Shown here: piece after piece, positions 10,894 to 22,959 of the stretch | Numbering within the stretch: the first letter of the stretch is position 1 | Layout of the letters: each line of letters opens with the position of its first letter | The notes under the pieces: generated by a model | What the model was told of the DNA's origin: nothing | The model's input: only the letters and a program-made list of their open reading frames with translations | Databases searched by the model: none | Origin: Octopus sinensis | Lineage: Eukaryota | NCBI RefSeq assembly: GCF_006345805.1 | Contig: NW_021834146.1 | Location: forward strand, 1 to 48,251 | Length of the DNA: 48,251 nt | Direction: 5' to 3' | Position numbers and translations under genes: made by a program

Positions 10894-11353
10894 CTGCAGG
10901 AATTTCCGTCAAAGAGACAAAGTTGAACAAAGCTGTACTTCTTCTCCCTCTTTCTCTCTCTTTTGTTATTACTCCCACTGCCACCATCAACATTACTACT
11001 TTTAATAAAACATCAACGCTCCCTAAATTTCTTTGTCTCTCTCTCTCTCCCTCTCTTTTTATTTCTCTATCTGTCTTCACCATCGCCCTCACCGTCTCTA
11101 TGCCTACTATTACTCTCACTGTTTCATGAGGAATAGTAGGAGTGTCATTGAATAGTGAGAAAGTAGGGGTCTAAGTGTGACACACTGACACACAGAAATT
11201 AGTTTTCGCAATTATTATATTATATATATACTTATATGATTAGTTTAAACAAAAATCACGGAATTTTTGTAGACCAAGTTAATCTGACTAGTTTTAAAGA
11301 TCATTTTGTTCTAATACCAGTAATCTAAATTGCACCTTTTCAATAAAACTGAC

Positions 11354-11461
11354 CATTGACTGACCAGTTAAACTTCCATTTACCGATAATGGATTCCAAT
11401 GTATCAACACTGATGCGTATAAAACATAATTCCTTCACTTTAGTATGGCTGCTATCATATC
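11354..11461 (-). CDS. Candidate exon (YDSSHTKVKELCFIRISVDTLESIIGKWKFNWSVN)
   Basis: Donor g|gtcagt and a weak acceptor aacaag. 108 nt, phase 1-1, open. Confidence 0.5.
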
Positions 11462-11485
11462 CTTGTTAATTACAGATATCAATAA

Positions 11486-11903
11486 GGCGGCGAACTGGCA
11501 GAGACGTTAGCACGCCGGGCGAAATACTTCGTGGAGACGCAATGGCTCAATAGTTGGGGCAGCTGACTCGCGATCACAGGATCGCGGTTTCGATTCCCAG
11601 ACCGGGTGTTGTGAGTGTTTACTGAACGAAAACACCAAAAGCTCCTCGAGGTTCCGGCAGTGGGTGTTAGTGAGCACTGCTGTACTCTTTCAATACAAAT
11701 TTCTCACTTCCGGTTTTTGTTGTATTTGTATTTCAAAGGGCCAGTCTTGACACACACTGTGTCTCGCTGAATCTCCCCGAGAACTACATTAAGAGTACAC
11801 ATGTCTGTGGGGTGCTCAGCCACTTGCAAATTAATTTCACGAGCAGGATGTTCCGTTGATTGGATCAACTGGAACCCTCATCGTCGTAACCGACGGAGTG
11901 CCA
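11486..11903 (+). mobile_element. SINE head fragment followed by a tRNA-derived SINE
   Basis: ggcggcgaactggcag head, then a tRNA-like gcaatggctcaatagttgggg...ggtttcgattcc head and body. Confidence 0.75.
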
Positions 11904-12091
11904 TAAAATATACATATAGATTTCACAAATGACATCCAAAGACTCTCTCTATAGAAGACTATTAGTGCTAAAAAAATTCAAACATGGGCTCCGGTGTCTA
12001 TAGAGGGGGATTTTTTCACAAGGTAAAGAAAGGCTTAAAGAGGAATCAAGTTGATTGGATAAACAAATTAGACACACCAAATATATTCTTT

Positions 12092-12481
12092 TCTCCTCTA
12101 GGCACAAGGCACGAAATTTTGGGGGAGGGGCTAGTCGATTACATCGACCCCAGTGTTTAACTGGTACTTAATTTATCGATCCCCGAAAGGATGAAAGGAA
12201 AAGTCGACCCCGGCGGAATTTGAACTCAGAATGTAAAGACATGAAATACTAATTTCTTTACTACCCAACAGGGGCTAAACACAGAGGGGACGAACAAGGA
12301 CAGACAAACGGATTAAGTCGATTATATCGACCCAGTGCGTAACTGGTACTTACTTAATCGACCTTGAAAGGATGAAAGGCAAAGTCTACCTCGGCGGAAT
12401 TTGAACTCAGAACGTAACGGCAGACGAAATACCACGAGGCAGTTCGCCCGACGTGCTAACGATTGAGCCAGTTCGCCGCCC
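12092..12481 (-). mobile_element. Two adjacent SINE copies (ggcggcgagctggcag family)
   Basis: Shared body gtcgattacatcgaccccagtg...gaaaggatgaaaggcaaagtcgacc, also seen at 23488, 25526 and 16200. Confidence 0.85.
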
Positions 12482-12956
12482 TGACACATCAAATATGTGA
12501 AATATATTCAATACGTTAAATACAAAATATGAATATATGTATACACGTAAAACGAGGGAAAACAAAAGATATTTGTATTACAGTAAACAATGCCATCGAA
12601 GATAGAATATTAGGTAATATTTTTTATCTGATTTTGAAAACTTCAATAAATTAATTTTTTTGTTTCAATTATTTTAAGATTCAAATATAGCTCAGGATTG
12701 GATTATCATAGGATTATCATAAGATTCAAATATAGCTCAGGATTGGATTATCAAAGCTAAAATAAGCGCATTCAGTATGGTTGAGAACAGAATTAGTGAA
12801 GAAGGCTAGAACTACAAGCGGGTGAATAAAAGTTGGCCTTAAGAATATATTCGTCCGGTACCGTGGCTTGCCCTCTTTAGCATGTAAGAAATCCACATGG
12901 TAGGATTCTCACCGTATATAAACTTTTATACACACTTGATATATAATATATAATAT

Positions 12957-12990
<34 letters not shown>

Positions 12991-13049
12991 AAACATATAT
13001 ATATATAATACATACATATATATATATACATATGAATATAGATATATAC

Positions 13050-13091
<42 letters not shown>

Positions 13092-13461
13092 TGTTGTGTG
13101 CGTGCGTGTGTATATATAAATAAGGTAGCTATCAGGAATTTAAAACCAACACGAAAATTAATTTGCAGTCACTGGATATCTGTTACATGATGACGCGTAA
13201 TTGTGTGCATATGCAGCTATGACACTTTCAAACATTGGAAATATTATACGGAAGAGAGGAGTAAAATTTAAATTATTTTAATCTCGAAACGCGTATATAA
13301 TCAATCCAGGTCGTGTTGATTCATTATTCTGCTCTTTGCCTTCGTAAAAAAGTATGTTTACCGTCATGGAGATTCTTAGAGTAGCAGAAAAGGAATACTT
13401 AACTCATATTTCTAATTTCGGTATGTGTCGAAGCAGTTAGCTGAACCCTAATTATAATTAC

Positions 13462-13503
<42 letters not shown>

Positions 13504-13681
13504 GTTAATCCAAACATGAAAGCACAAAAAAACACAACGCGAGGACGTGGAACAAATATAGTATTATTGGACGCCCGTTTCTAGCGGAGTTCTTCGTCGG
13601 AAACATAGGAGAAGGAAAGATCCAGAGAAGGGAAGACAGAGGAATAAAAATCACCAACGGTACACACGCGGCCACATTTTG
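13504..13681 (-). mobile_element. Second, degraded copy of the 9634-9845 element
   Basis: The reverse complement aligns with 9634-9845, but the hammerhead core is mutated (CCGACGA) and the 3' stem I strand is deleted. Confidence 0.75.
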
Positions 13682-13693
13682 CATGCAAATATG

Positions 13694-13752
<59 letters not shown>

Positions 13753-13800
13753 GTATGCATGTGTATGTGTGTGTGTATATGTATATATATATAATATATA

Positions 13801-13897
<97 letters not shown>

Positions 13898-14085
13898 TAT
13901 ATATATATATACAGTTCTCTCTGTATATTTATATGGGTTTGTTTGTCCTTTGTATAATAAAACATTGATAAAACACTTTCACTGAATGTATGAATTAGTA
14001 TATTGTGTGTCACAAGTACAACGCTTTTGATTATTGTGACGTATAATACATGCGATAAAATCGAATGTTAGAAACATTTGCTTAC

Positions 14086-14138
14086 CCACTGTTTTCTACT
14101 CTGAAATTTCCCGTCATGGTTGAAAACTCATGCTCCAT
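14086..14138 (-). CDS. Candidate exon (MEHEFSTMTGNFRVENSG), phase unresolved
   Basis: Acceptor atttgcag and donor gg|gtaagc. 53 nt. It does not fit the phase of its neighbours without further unseen exons. Confidence 0.3.
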
Positions 14139-14148
14139 CTGCAAATAT

Positions 14149-14203
<55 letters not shown>

Positions 14204-14211
14204 TAATAATA

Positions 14212-14250
<39 letters not shown>

Positions 14251-14270
14251 TGATGATGATGATGATAATG

Positions 14271-14306
<36 letters not shown>

Positions 14307-14457
14307 TTAATGGCATTTTGTAACTTAATATAATGATCTCTTGACTTTGGATATGTACATTTGTATATTATTATAATATTCTAATATATTGATTTGACTA
14401 ACTGTAACATTATATATGTGTATGTATATTATTATATATTATTATGTATATACGTAC

Positions 14458-14514
<57 letters not shown>

Positions 14515-14620
14515 TGCATGTGTATATACGCTTATAAGTATGTGTTTATTATATATTATGTATATGTACTCATTCTTGTATGGGTGAGCCTTCTCTGATA
14601 TTCATATTTAGATTGTACTT

Positions 14621-14750
14621 TATTCTCTGAAGAGGCCTTGGGATATATTTGTAAGTGTCTCATTTATAACCACATATTAACTTATCATACCTGGCTAATT
14701 TGAGCATAATGAGACACTCATATCTACATGGCTGAAACAGCTGTAAGATA
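14621..14750 (+). ncRNA. Type I hammerhead ribozyme motif with an extended (about 100 nt) stem II
   Basis: CTGAAGA at 14627-14633. GGCC...GGCT closes a long hairpin containing AGTGTCTC/GAGACACT. GAAAC-AGCT-GT-A at 14734-14745, and stem I is TA(T)TCT/AGATA. Confidence 0.65.
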
Positions 14751-14979
14751 TAGTTTATATTTATATTTATTTATATTTATTTATACATATTGTACTTATT
14801 GTATCATATTACTCATTGATGTGGACTGTTTTGTTCTGTACTATTATGTTTGACCTTAATATTCATATGTTGTTGGTTAATAAATTATGTGAATGGGTAT
14901 TATCTGGTAGTTGATTATTGATTAAGGTGTATTTCTCCATTTTCTTATTTTGTATTATATATATATATATATATATATC

Positions 14980-15378
14980 TTCGTGCTACCACAAAGAGAG
15001 AAGAGCAAAGACTGGTAACGGCTCAAGGAGCCATGGAAAGGTCAATGCTTGGTATCTCGTTGTGAGAGCACATCAGTAGCGAGATCATCAGAAAGAAGTC
15101 CGGCGTGAGAGATGTCATCGCAGAGTATACACGCAGCAAGTTTAGATGGGCTGGACACGTCGCCCGGCTCACCGATAATCGGTGGACCCACGCAGTTGCC
15201 GAATGGTACCCACGCGAGCGGAAAATACCACCCGGAAGACCTCCACGACGGTGGAGTTACGATTTCAGGAGGACGATTAGGATCACGTGGATGAGAAAGG
15301 CACGATCCAGAGAGGAGTGGACAGCGTGCTGTGACCAGCGGTGTCAAATGGACGCCTGACGGACTGGTCGGTCAAGTG
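14980..15378 (+). mobile_element. RTE-clade LINE 3' fragment inserted in (TA)n
   Basis: KFRWAGHVARLTDNRWT...WYPRERKIPPGRPPRRW is a typical RTE C-terminus. Confidence 0.85.
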
Positions 15379-16199
15379 ATATATATATATATATATCACT
15401 TGATCACTTGACCGTGATCAAATTTAAAATTTAAAGAGTAGAACATTAAAAATAAAAATAACAAAAGACAAGAGGACATGCGCATGGAATGTATGAGCTG
15501 GACGCTCGGTAAAGTGGAGGAAAAGAAAGGGTTTTTAATGTTCCGAGCATAGCTCTTTGTCAGAAAAGAAAACAGAAAAGTTGAGAGAAGGAGAATATTA
15601 CCAAAATTACGTGTGTGGTTACATATGTACATATGCGTGTGTGCGTGTCCGAGCACTTGTGTGTGTGTGTGGGGGGGGGTGTGAACACAAGATTAATGAA
15701 TAATTGAGTGGGATTTCATATACTGTCACAATCGGAAATTATATCACGGAATATATAAATGATGTTCATTGTGTGGACTTCTTTTAAAGGCAAAATAGTG
15801 GATCAAACAGTCTTTTTATTGACCAGCAAAAAATCAGTAACTTAAAAAAATTTTATTATGTAATAATTTACTATCAGTAAATGGAGTTGATTGTCTGAAT
15901 TTCATGAAACCCAAATACAATTAATTCGCATTCTTTTACTACGGTCTACTGCATGTTCATGCCTCAGTATATTTATGTCTGTATAAAAGTCTATATATAC
16001 TTACATGCATACAAATTATGAACATATGGATTGCATTAGATTGCCGATGTTCAGTCCACAGCAGAATGAAGGTCTCAGCATACTCTCTCTACCAACCTTG
16101 TCTGATGTGGAGGCCGTGTTTTGACCTCGAGAGTATACAAGTTCGATGAACCTCAACGAAGCTTGGCAGTGGAGTAAATACTCATACAGAGGTGTAGTA

Positions 16200-16321
16200 A
16201 AAACGATTCAAGGATGAAAGGCAAAGTCGGCTGCGGTAGAATTTGAATTCAAAATATAAAGAGGGGCGAATTACCGTTTATCATTTTGCCCGACGTACAA
16301 ACGATTTTTCCAGCTCGCCGC
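16200..16321 (-). mobile_element. Degraded SINE fragment
   Basis: aaggatgaaaggcaaagtcg...ccagctcgccgc. Confidence 0.65.
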
Positions 16322-16879
16322 AGAGTATGTAGGGAATCAAATAATAAATGCATACGCATATAATACTTATCTGTATATTTGAATTTAACATGTATTTACA
16401 AATGTATGTATTTATGTGTTTAAACTGATCAGGCTAAACTTTAAGATACCTGTTATCATTTAACAAAATCGATATTAATATCTACTAAACGTATTGAGCT
16501 CACTATTTAAATTGACGTTTTGCATTTCTTGTATAAAATATGCATGTGTGCGCGTATTCAGTGCGTGTGTGTGTGTTCGGAGAAAGAGAGTGAAGATATC
16601 TACTCACGGCTCTTGATATGTTCTCAGCAGGGATTTTATATTCGTTGAACTTTTTAATAATCAAACGAAATACGAAGGATTTGGTCCAGCCTATGGATTG
16701 ATATAGAAAATAATCGCTGCGTTTATAAATGAGACACACGTTATAAATGCACATAAAACCCACATACGTAGATAAAAATACACGTTCATAATTACATATA
16801 CACTTAAAAATACTATATTTAATTATATATAGGGAGAATTCACAAAAAAACAAAAGACGAAGACAGGTCACTAGCAAGG

Positions 16880-17135
16880 TTTCCTTATTTTGGGCTCAAT
16901 ATCTCATTAAGCCTTCCAGTTCGATACGCACGCAGTTTCCCACACTTATCAATCTTCTTCCTCCATTCCCTCTCTTCGTGAATCGGCGATCAATGTCTGC
17001 ACGTGGATGATGGGCTCCACACATCGTTAGGACCTTTCTTGATTTCCTGTCCATCTCCTTTAGATTCTCCTCGGTCCACTACAGTTTTCCAGCTTCATAC
17101 CGAACTATTGCGACTGCGTGCGAGGTTATCGCCAA
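16880..17135 (-). mobile_element. R4/Dong-like LINE internal fragment, divergent subfamily
   Basis: The minus strand translates to WTEENLKEMDRKSRKVLTMCGAHHPRADIDR...GGRRLISV, homologous to MHHPKSDIERLY...GGRGLIQL at 30211. Confidence 0.7.
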
Positions 17136-18703
17136 AATTATGTTTCTGGCATTAAGCTTTCAAACCAATATTTTGCTCACTCGCCAAAAGTGCTCTCTTT
17201 TTCTCTTTTCCTTCATGAAGGGGTGCTTGATTCCATCTGTGTGTGTGGGAGAGAGAAATTGGGGGAGGGAACATTGCAAACGATGAATGAAATGAACATG
17301 AAATGAAAAAATCGTGCAAATAAAAGGGCAATACTACAGATGCATACGCTTCCGACTTTGTTGCTTCATAGCATACAGAAAAAAATCCAGAAAAATTTTC
17401 TACAAATACCGCTTAAATGTTGTGGCTTCAGAGTATATAGGAACTTATCGGGAGGAATTTTTTCGGGGGTGGAGAGATGAATTTTGAAAAAGTCACACGA
17501 TCTGATTTTTTTCCCTCGTAACTTTCATGAAAATGTGTATCTTTTAATGTAATTTTATGCAAATCTCTTTCAAACGATATAGATTACGGTTTTAAACAAA
17601 TCTGGGGGAAATATTTTTCGTGGATTTTCACCTTTTTTAACCGCAGCCTTTGACATGATGGGATTGCGGGGAGCAGCTTTCTATGAAAAAGGTTTGAAAA
17701 CTCTTTTTTTATCACCCTCCTTCCTCATAACCCCACTCCGGACCTATTTTGGCCAATTATTTTTTTGCACTTCAAAACCATGGGAAGAGCAGTTTCGGTA
17801 ATTGTTTTTTTAATTGTTAATATTATCAGAGGAAAAATTGATTTAAGGGGGATTCGGCTGTTGTTTCATGCACATCTAAAAACAAACTTTCTCGTTACTT
17901 TATCATTCTTGCTTGTATTGATGTTTTTCAATAGTTTCCCCCATAAATACATTTATATGCTATAAAAATAAAATTTGAGAAATTATGAATTTTTTGCAAC
18001 CCCACTTCCTGCCCTCGATTGTTTCTGTTTAGAAATTAAAATAGCGGAGAGCCTGAGAATGTCGTTGCTGGCATTTATCCACAGAGATTTTTTTTTTAAA
18101 TTACGGAGATGTACTTGCATAGCAAGTGACCTGACCTGAGATCGTGTACTGAAAGAAAAACAATTGCAGAGTGGAAGATGTTTGTAAGCCATTCAAGAAC
18201 ACGCAAAAACCGTTAGTTTCACTTTAACATTTAAATTTAATTTGTATCAAAATATTTTCGTCGCTTTGAAATTGCGACATGTCCACTGACAAAACTTCAC
18301 AAAAGTAATGCCGCACGAAATTTTGTCAATGGTTTCAAAGCAACGGTAGAGGTAAAAATTTAGATTACAATTTATTTTGTTGTTTTTCGTCCACCAATGC
18401 ACCACGCGTGTGTTACTTCGGCATCATCATTCCATAAAATGCATTTCATGGGAGAAAAATATTGAAATAACATGTGAGAGAGTGGAAAGGGAAAATGGAC
18501 AAAATCGGTCCTAATAAGGTAAGGTTTATAGCATTCCAAACAGCAATAACAACAAAATCACTTTGAAATATTTTTACAAAAATTATACGTGTTTCTTTTA
18601 AAATTTTCATTCAATAATGTTTTTACATTACGTATAGATACTAGAATAAATTGTCGGTTTCCCAAATATTGAATTAAAACTTGAAATGAAAACATTAAAA
18701 CAT

Positions 18704-19128
18704 AGGCGCAGGAGTGGGTGTGTGGTAAGTAGCTTGCTAACCAACTACATGGCTCCGGGTTCAGTCCCACTGCGTGGCATCTTGGGCAAGTGTCTTCTGC
18801 TATAGCCCCGGGCCGACCAATGCCTTGTGAGTGGATTTGGTAGACGGAAACTGAAAGAAGCCTGTCGTATATATGTATATATATATATATATGTGTGTGT
18901 GTGTATGTGTGTGTGTTTGTGTGTTTGTCCCCCTAGCATTGCTTGACAACCGATGCTGGTGTGTTTACGTCCCCGTCACTTAGCGGTTCGGCAAAAGAGA
19001 CCGATAGAATAAGTACTGGGCTTACAAAGAATAAGTCCCGGGGTCGATTTGCTCGACCAAAGGCGGTGCTCCAGCATGGCCGCAGTCAAATGACTGAAAC
19101 AAGTATAAGATAAAAGATAAAAGATAAA
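18704..19128 (+). mobile_element. Near full-length tRNA-derived SINE with an internal (TA/TG)n tract and (AAGATA)n tail
   Basis: tRNA-like head ggcgcaggagtgg.tgtgtggtaag...gggttcagtcccact, a CORE-like cttgggcaagtgtctt segment, and a 3' tail. Confidence 0.85.
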
Positions 19129-19389
19129 AAAAAAAACATTAAAAGAGAAAGTGAGGCTTTGGAAATAAAAATGGATTACCCCCGCATTGAATGAAATGAA
19201 TATTCAAATATGCGAGAAACTGGACTTTAAAAAAGTCAATAAACTTGAGAAATCGAAATTATAAGAAATTTCTTATGAATTTATGAAAATATTTTCAGAC
19301 AGTCACCCCTTTAATAATAGCTTTCTGTTAGCACCTTTAATAATTATTACCTAATTAATAAGCAGCTTTGTCCATTATAGTATAGATAC

Positions 19390-19470
19390 TCATTTGAATT
19401 GTGAAAAAGTTTTCCTCTGCTATATTAGGTATTAACTGCCAAACCAGGGAAAAGCAGGATGTCTCCATTC
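19390..19470 (-). CDS. Candidate exon after the LU domain (METSCFSLVWQLIPNIAEENFFTIQM)
   Basis: Acceptor ttcccctgtag and donor a|gtatct. 81 nt, phase 1-1, in frame with exon 20655-20472. Confidence 0.55.
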
Positions 19471-20216
19471 CTACAGGGGAACCGGTTTACCTTGTATTTA
19501 ATTATGTGTATGTGTGTGCGTGTGTTTGTAGAAGGTTGAAAAGTAACAAACGAATTGATATGTGTAGGGAAAATAAGACAAGGTAGAAAGTGCTAAAATA
19601 ACTTTATCATGAAAAACATTTTAGTACCGGTTTCAGACTTTGAGACTTTTTCAACTTCAGAGTAAAGCATGGAAAACAATTAAATTGTGGAAAAATTAAA
19701 TGAAATGTTTTCTTTTTCATATTTCCATAGTTTTCAAATGCATGAGACATTTTCTTTTTTTCTGTCACTCTCTCTTTTACTTTCGTGAAGGCTCGGTAGG
19801 AAGGTAGTAGTAGATCTAACAGAATATTTGATATGAGGGATGTGAGTTCTTGGTTTTGTTTGTTTAAGCAGCAGCAGAAGAAGAAGAAGCAGAAGAGAAG
19901 AAGAAGAAGAAGAAGAAGAAGAAGAAGAAGAAGAAGAAGAAGAAGAAGAAGAAGAAGAAGAAGAAGAAGAAGAAGAAGAAGAAGGAATAAAGAATTTCTT
20001 AATGTCCCCTTAAACAGGGACAACTGAAGAAGGGGAATATCCTTTATGTTGCATGTCCCGTTTCTCTCTTTGTTATTACGTTGTTCGAAGAAAGTTCGTT
20101 TTCTATGTTTTTATTTTTGTTTTTGTTTCTTATTGTGTTTAACGTTTTTTTTTTATGTCCTGTACATATATATGAATGTATATATACATATATATGTAGG
20201 TATGTACATATATGTA

Positions 20217-20262
<46 letters not shown>

Positions 20263-20304
20263 CGTACAGATACGTATGTGAGCGCAAGACCGCAAGTGCA
20301 TACG

Positions 20305-20342
<38 letters not shown>

Positions 20343-20471
20343 CACACTCTTGCACACACGTATACACACATCAAAATATTTCCATTATAGTAACTATTAT
20401 TCAATATTCTTATTAACTATCAATTTGTAATAAATCTGGTGGTGTTATATTAGACAATAAATAACACTTAC

Positions 20472-20655
20472 CATTGAAATAATTCTTGTTACATAAGTGT
20501 CCGACGCAACAACCAGTACAAGACGTGCTATTCGTCCGTTTATTGCATGTAAGGGTATTGTTTCTCATAGCTTCAACACATTTTCTGTATGTGCTGCAGG
20601 ACCTTTCAGTCTTCAGTTTAACACCGTTCATTGATATTGCGAATCGGCATACTGG
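20472..20655 (-). CDS. Exon: second part of the three-finger (Ly6/uPAR-like) domain (PVCRFAIS...CTGCCVGHLCNKNYFN)
   Basis: Acceptor tattattacag and donor g|gtaagt. 184 nt, phase 0-1, with the CC-x4-CN terminus. Confidence 0.9.
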
Positions 20656-22082
20656 CTGTAATAATAGATATGAAAATTATACACTACAACCAAAATATTT
20701 ATTAGTACGATTACTGCTCATTACATCAAAGCAGTTTATATGAAAATACGATATATTAGTATAAAATTTGGAGAGAAAACAAGCAAGATGTTGTTAACTT
20801 AATGAGGGACATTCTGAAAACGGAAAATATCAGAAGTGGAGAAGAATATTTAAAGAAAAGAATCCATCACGAAAACGCAATTAATAATCGCAAACACCTA
20901 ACAATAATAAAAGTAATGAAAATGTAGACATTGAAGTTAGAAATAATATATTTGTTGCCTTAATTTGAAATTGAATCTCGTTTCTTCCAATCACGGAAAA
21001 GTTTTAGAAAGAAAATTGGATCTCCCAAACTGAGTGAGGATGTCATGAAAAAATGACCAATGATAGCGTCGGTAGGCTGGCGTCTTCAAAAAAGCCAATG
21101 AAGTCGGTGATTGCAAATGAATGAATCTTTAAATAAACTAACTCAGCTTCAGGAAAACGGAAAGGTCTGAGATCAGAACAGACAATAAAACAGGCAACAG
21201 AATTCAGCCATGCTCTTATGTCACGCTCTATTCTCCTATATTCTCGTAGATAAGTTAATGTGAAGCATTGATCTATGATATTACCGGTGTCTTTTATTGT
21301 TTCTCTTGTGTTTCTTTCGCCTATGTACAACTGTGTATTCAGAGATATGCCTGACAATTTTAATTTGAGTTTTAGCTGCGTTTTAAAGGTATAGGTTTTA
21401 CCTTTCTATGAAACAATATGGCCCTCACCTATTATGTTCTGGAGAGCGTATTGTACTACTTGATGTGAGGGAAGATTTAATCTGTTTCGAATATTTCATA
21501 ACCTCGAATATCAAACAACCTCTTTGGCTATGGCCAACAGACGAAGGAAAACTGTCATTTGCTTCTTAACTTATTCAATCCGCTCCGTGTAATGTTTGCG
21601 AACTGGTAGGGCCAGGTTGACTTCTAGTTATCCCCTCTAAGGTTAGTGACCAGAGGTCATTCGACAAGGAACCTTGATTCCAAGTTGACTTCTGGCCACA
21701 TACATTCATGCATCCTCCTCTAAGGACAGCCATGTTTGTCGGAGAAAGGTCACTCTAAGTTCGTGTGTTCGTTTCTTGAATATGGATTCCTGGACAGGGT
21801 AGAACGTTGTGTCCTTGAACAAGGCACTTCATTCCACTTTCTTCCAGTCAAATCAAGTGAAATGTGTCTCAACCTCGTGATGTTCATCTATTTCTCTCTT
21901 CAATCGTCACATCCTTGTCCCATTGTGTCATGAATAAGAAGATCGATAGGGTGTGTATATGTCTAAGCAGGCACATAAAAAACTAACGAAAGCATAGTAC
22001 AATCTATGTGGACTTAATGGCTTTCGAGTGACGGCTGCGGATATATTTTAACGAAAAGGAAGAAAGTAATATTCCAGTTTAC

Positions 22083-22174
22083 CTCTGCTCCTGGACATCT
22101 TGTCACTTCTAGATCATTGCACTTATTTCCTGAACATGTTTGACACTGTAAATGCCGTTGATATAACGAGTAAT
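22083..22174 (-). CDS. Exon: first part of the three-finger domain (YSLYQRHLQCQTCSGNKCNDLEVTRCPGAE)
   Basis: Acceptor ttgtattctgtag and donor GAG|gtaaac. 92 nt, phase 1-0, with the LxCxxC start. Confidence 0.9.
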
Positions 22175-22853
22175 CTACAGAATACAAGTAAATATCTGTA
22201 TTTATGAACCAAATAATGCAATGCATAGCAATAACAGGAAATAATTTTCTTTATGATGTAAAAAAAATGTATACGCGTTACTATTGAAATCAATACATGT
22301 TAGACATATAAAACAAAATATTAACAAAGACTATAAACCTATTTTTATGTTCATTTGGAATTGTTTCAATAATGTCACAAATTCAACTGAGAGAAGCATG
22401 AAAGCCTCTTGTTGTCCTTTTAGTATTCTGATGTAACAAACATGTGAAAATCGTTGAACAAGTCAAATAAAGTGATGAAATTCGAAAACTGCAAGCATTA
22501 TTGCAGTGGGAACTCCCTAATAAAACCTGAGAATCTCATTTAAGTTATGCTGCAATGTCATATAGAATGTGAAGAAGGGCATAAAATGTGAAGTGAGCAA
22601 AACAATATTTGGATGAACAATAAATAATATGATCACTAATATGGTGTTTTTTCCAATATATATACGTTTATGTGCGTATGTATATATGTATGTATGTAAA
22701 GGTTTTAGTTGCCAATCCTGTAAAAGACATTGTAGATATTTAGCTGGGCTAAAAAGTCACATTCGATCACAGCACCAGTAACAGTTAAGCTTCGTGCAAT
22801 GGCCATACTCGATAACGAGGGGGAAGCCATAATAATTTATGTATGTAATTATG

Positions 22854-22884
<31 letters not shown>

Positions 22885-22959
22885 CTATGTATGTATGTAT
22901 GTATGTATGTAGTTATGTATGCATGTGTGCATGTATTATGCATGTATGTCATTATTTAC

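Noticed and set aside
11535-11605. tRNA-like sequences here and at 6620-6693 and 18704-18780
   Set aside because: They are SINE heads followed by SINE bodies, not complete cloverleaf tRNA genes.
12675-12753. 34-bp direct duplication
   Set aside because: An ordinary slippage duplication with no associated structure.
17330-18300. Probable interspersed repeat or DNA-transposon remnants
   Set aside because: I could not locate terminal inverted repeats, a TSD or coding motifs, so the region is left unclassified.
20000-20065. CTGAAGA box with GGGG/CCCC pairing, a possible fourth hammerhead
   Set aside because: No GAAA box or cleavage triplet is in the required position.
21043-21357. 104-codon non-repetitive ORF with acceptor-like and donor-like sites (21353-21287)
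   Set aside because: It lies inside the phase-0 intron that splits the LU domain, so inclusion as a phase 1-1 exon would break the frame. No motif is recognisable.
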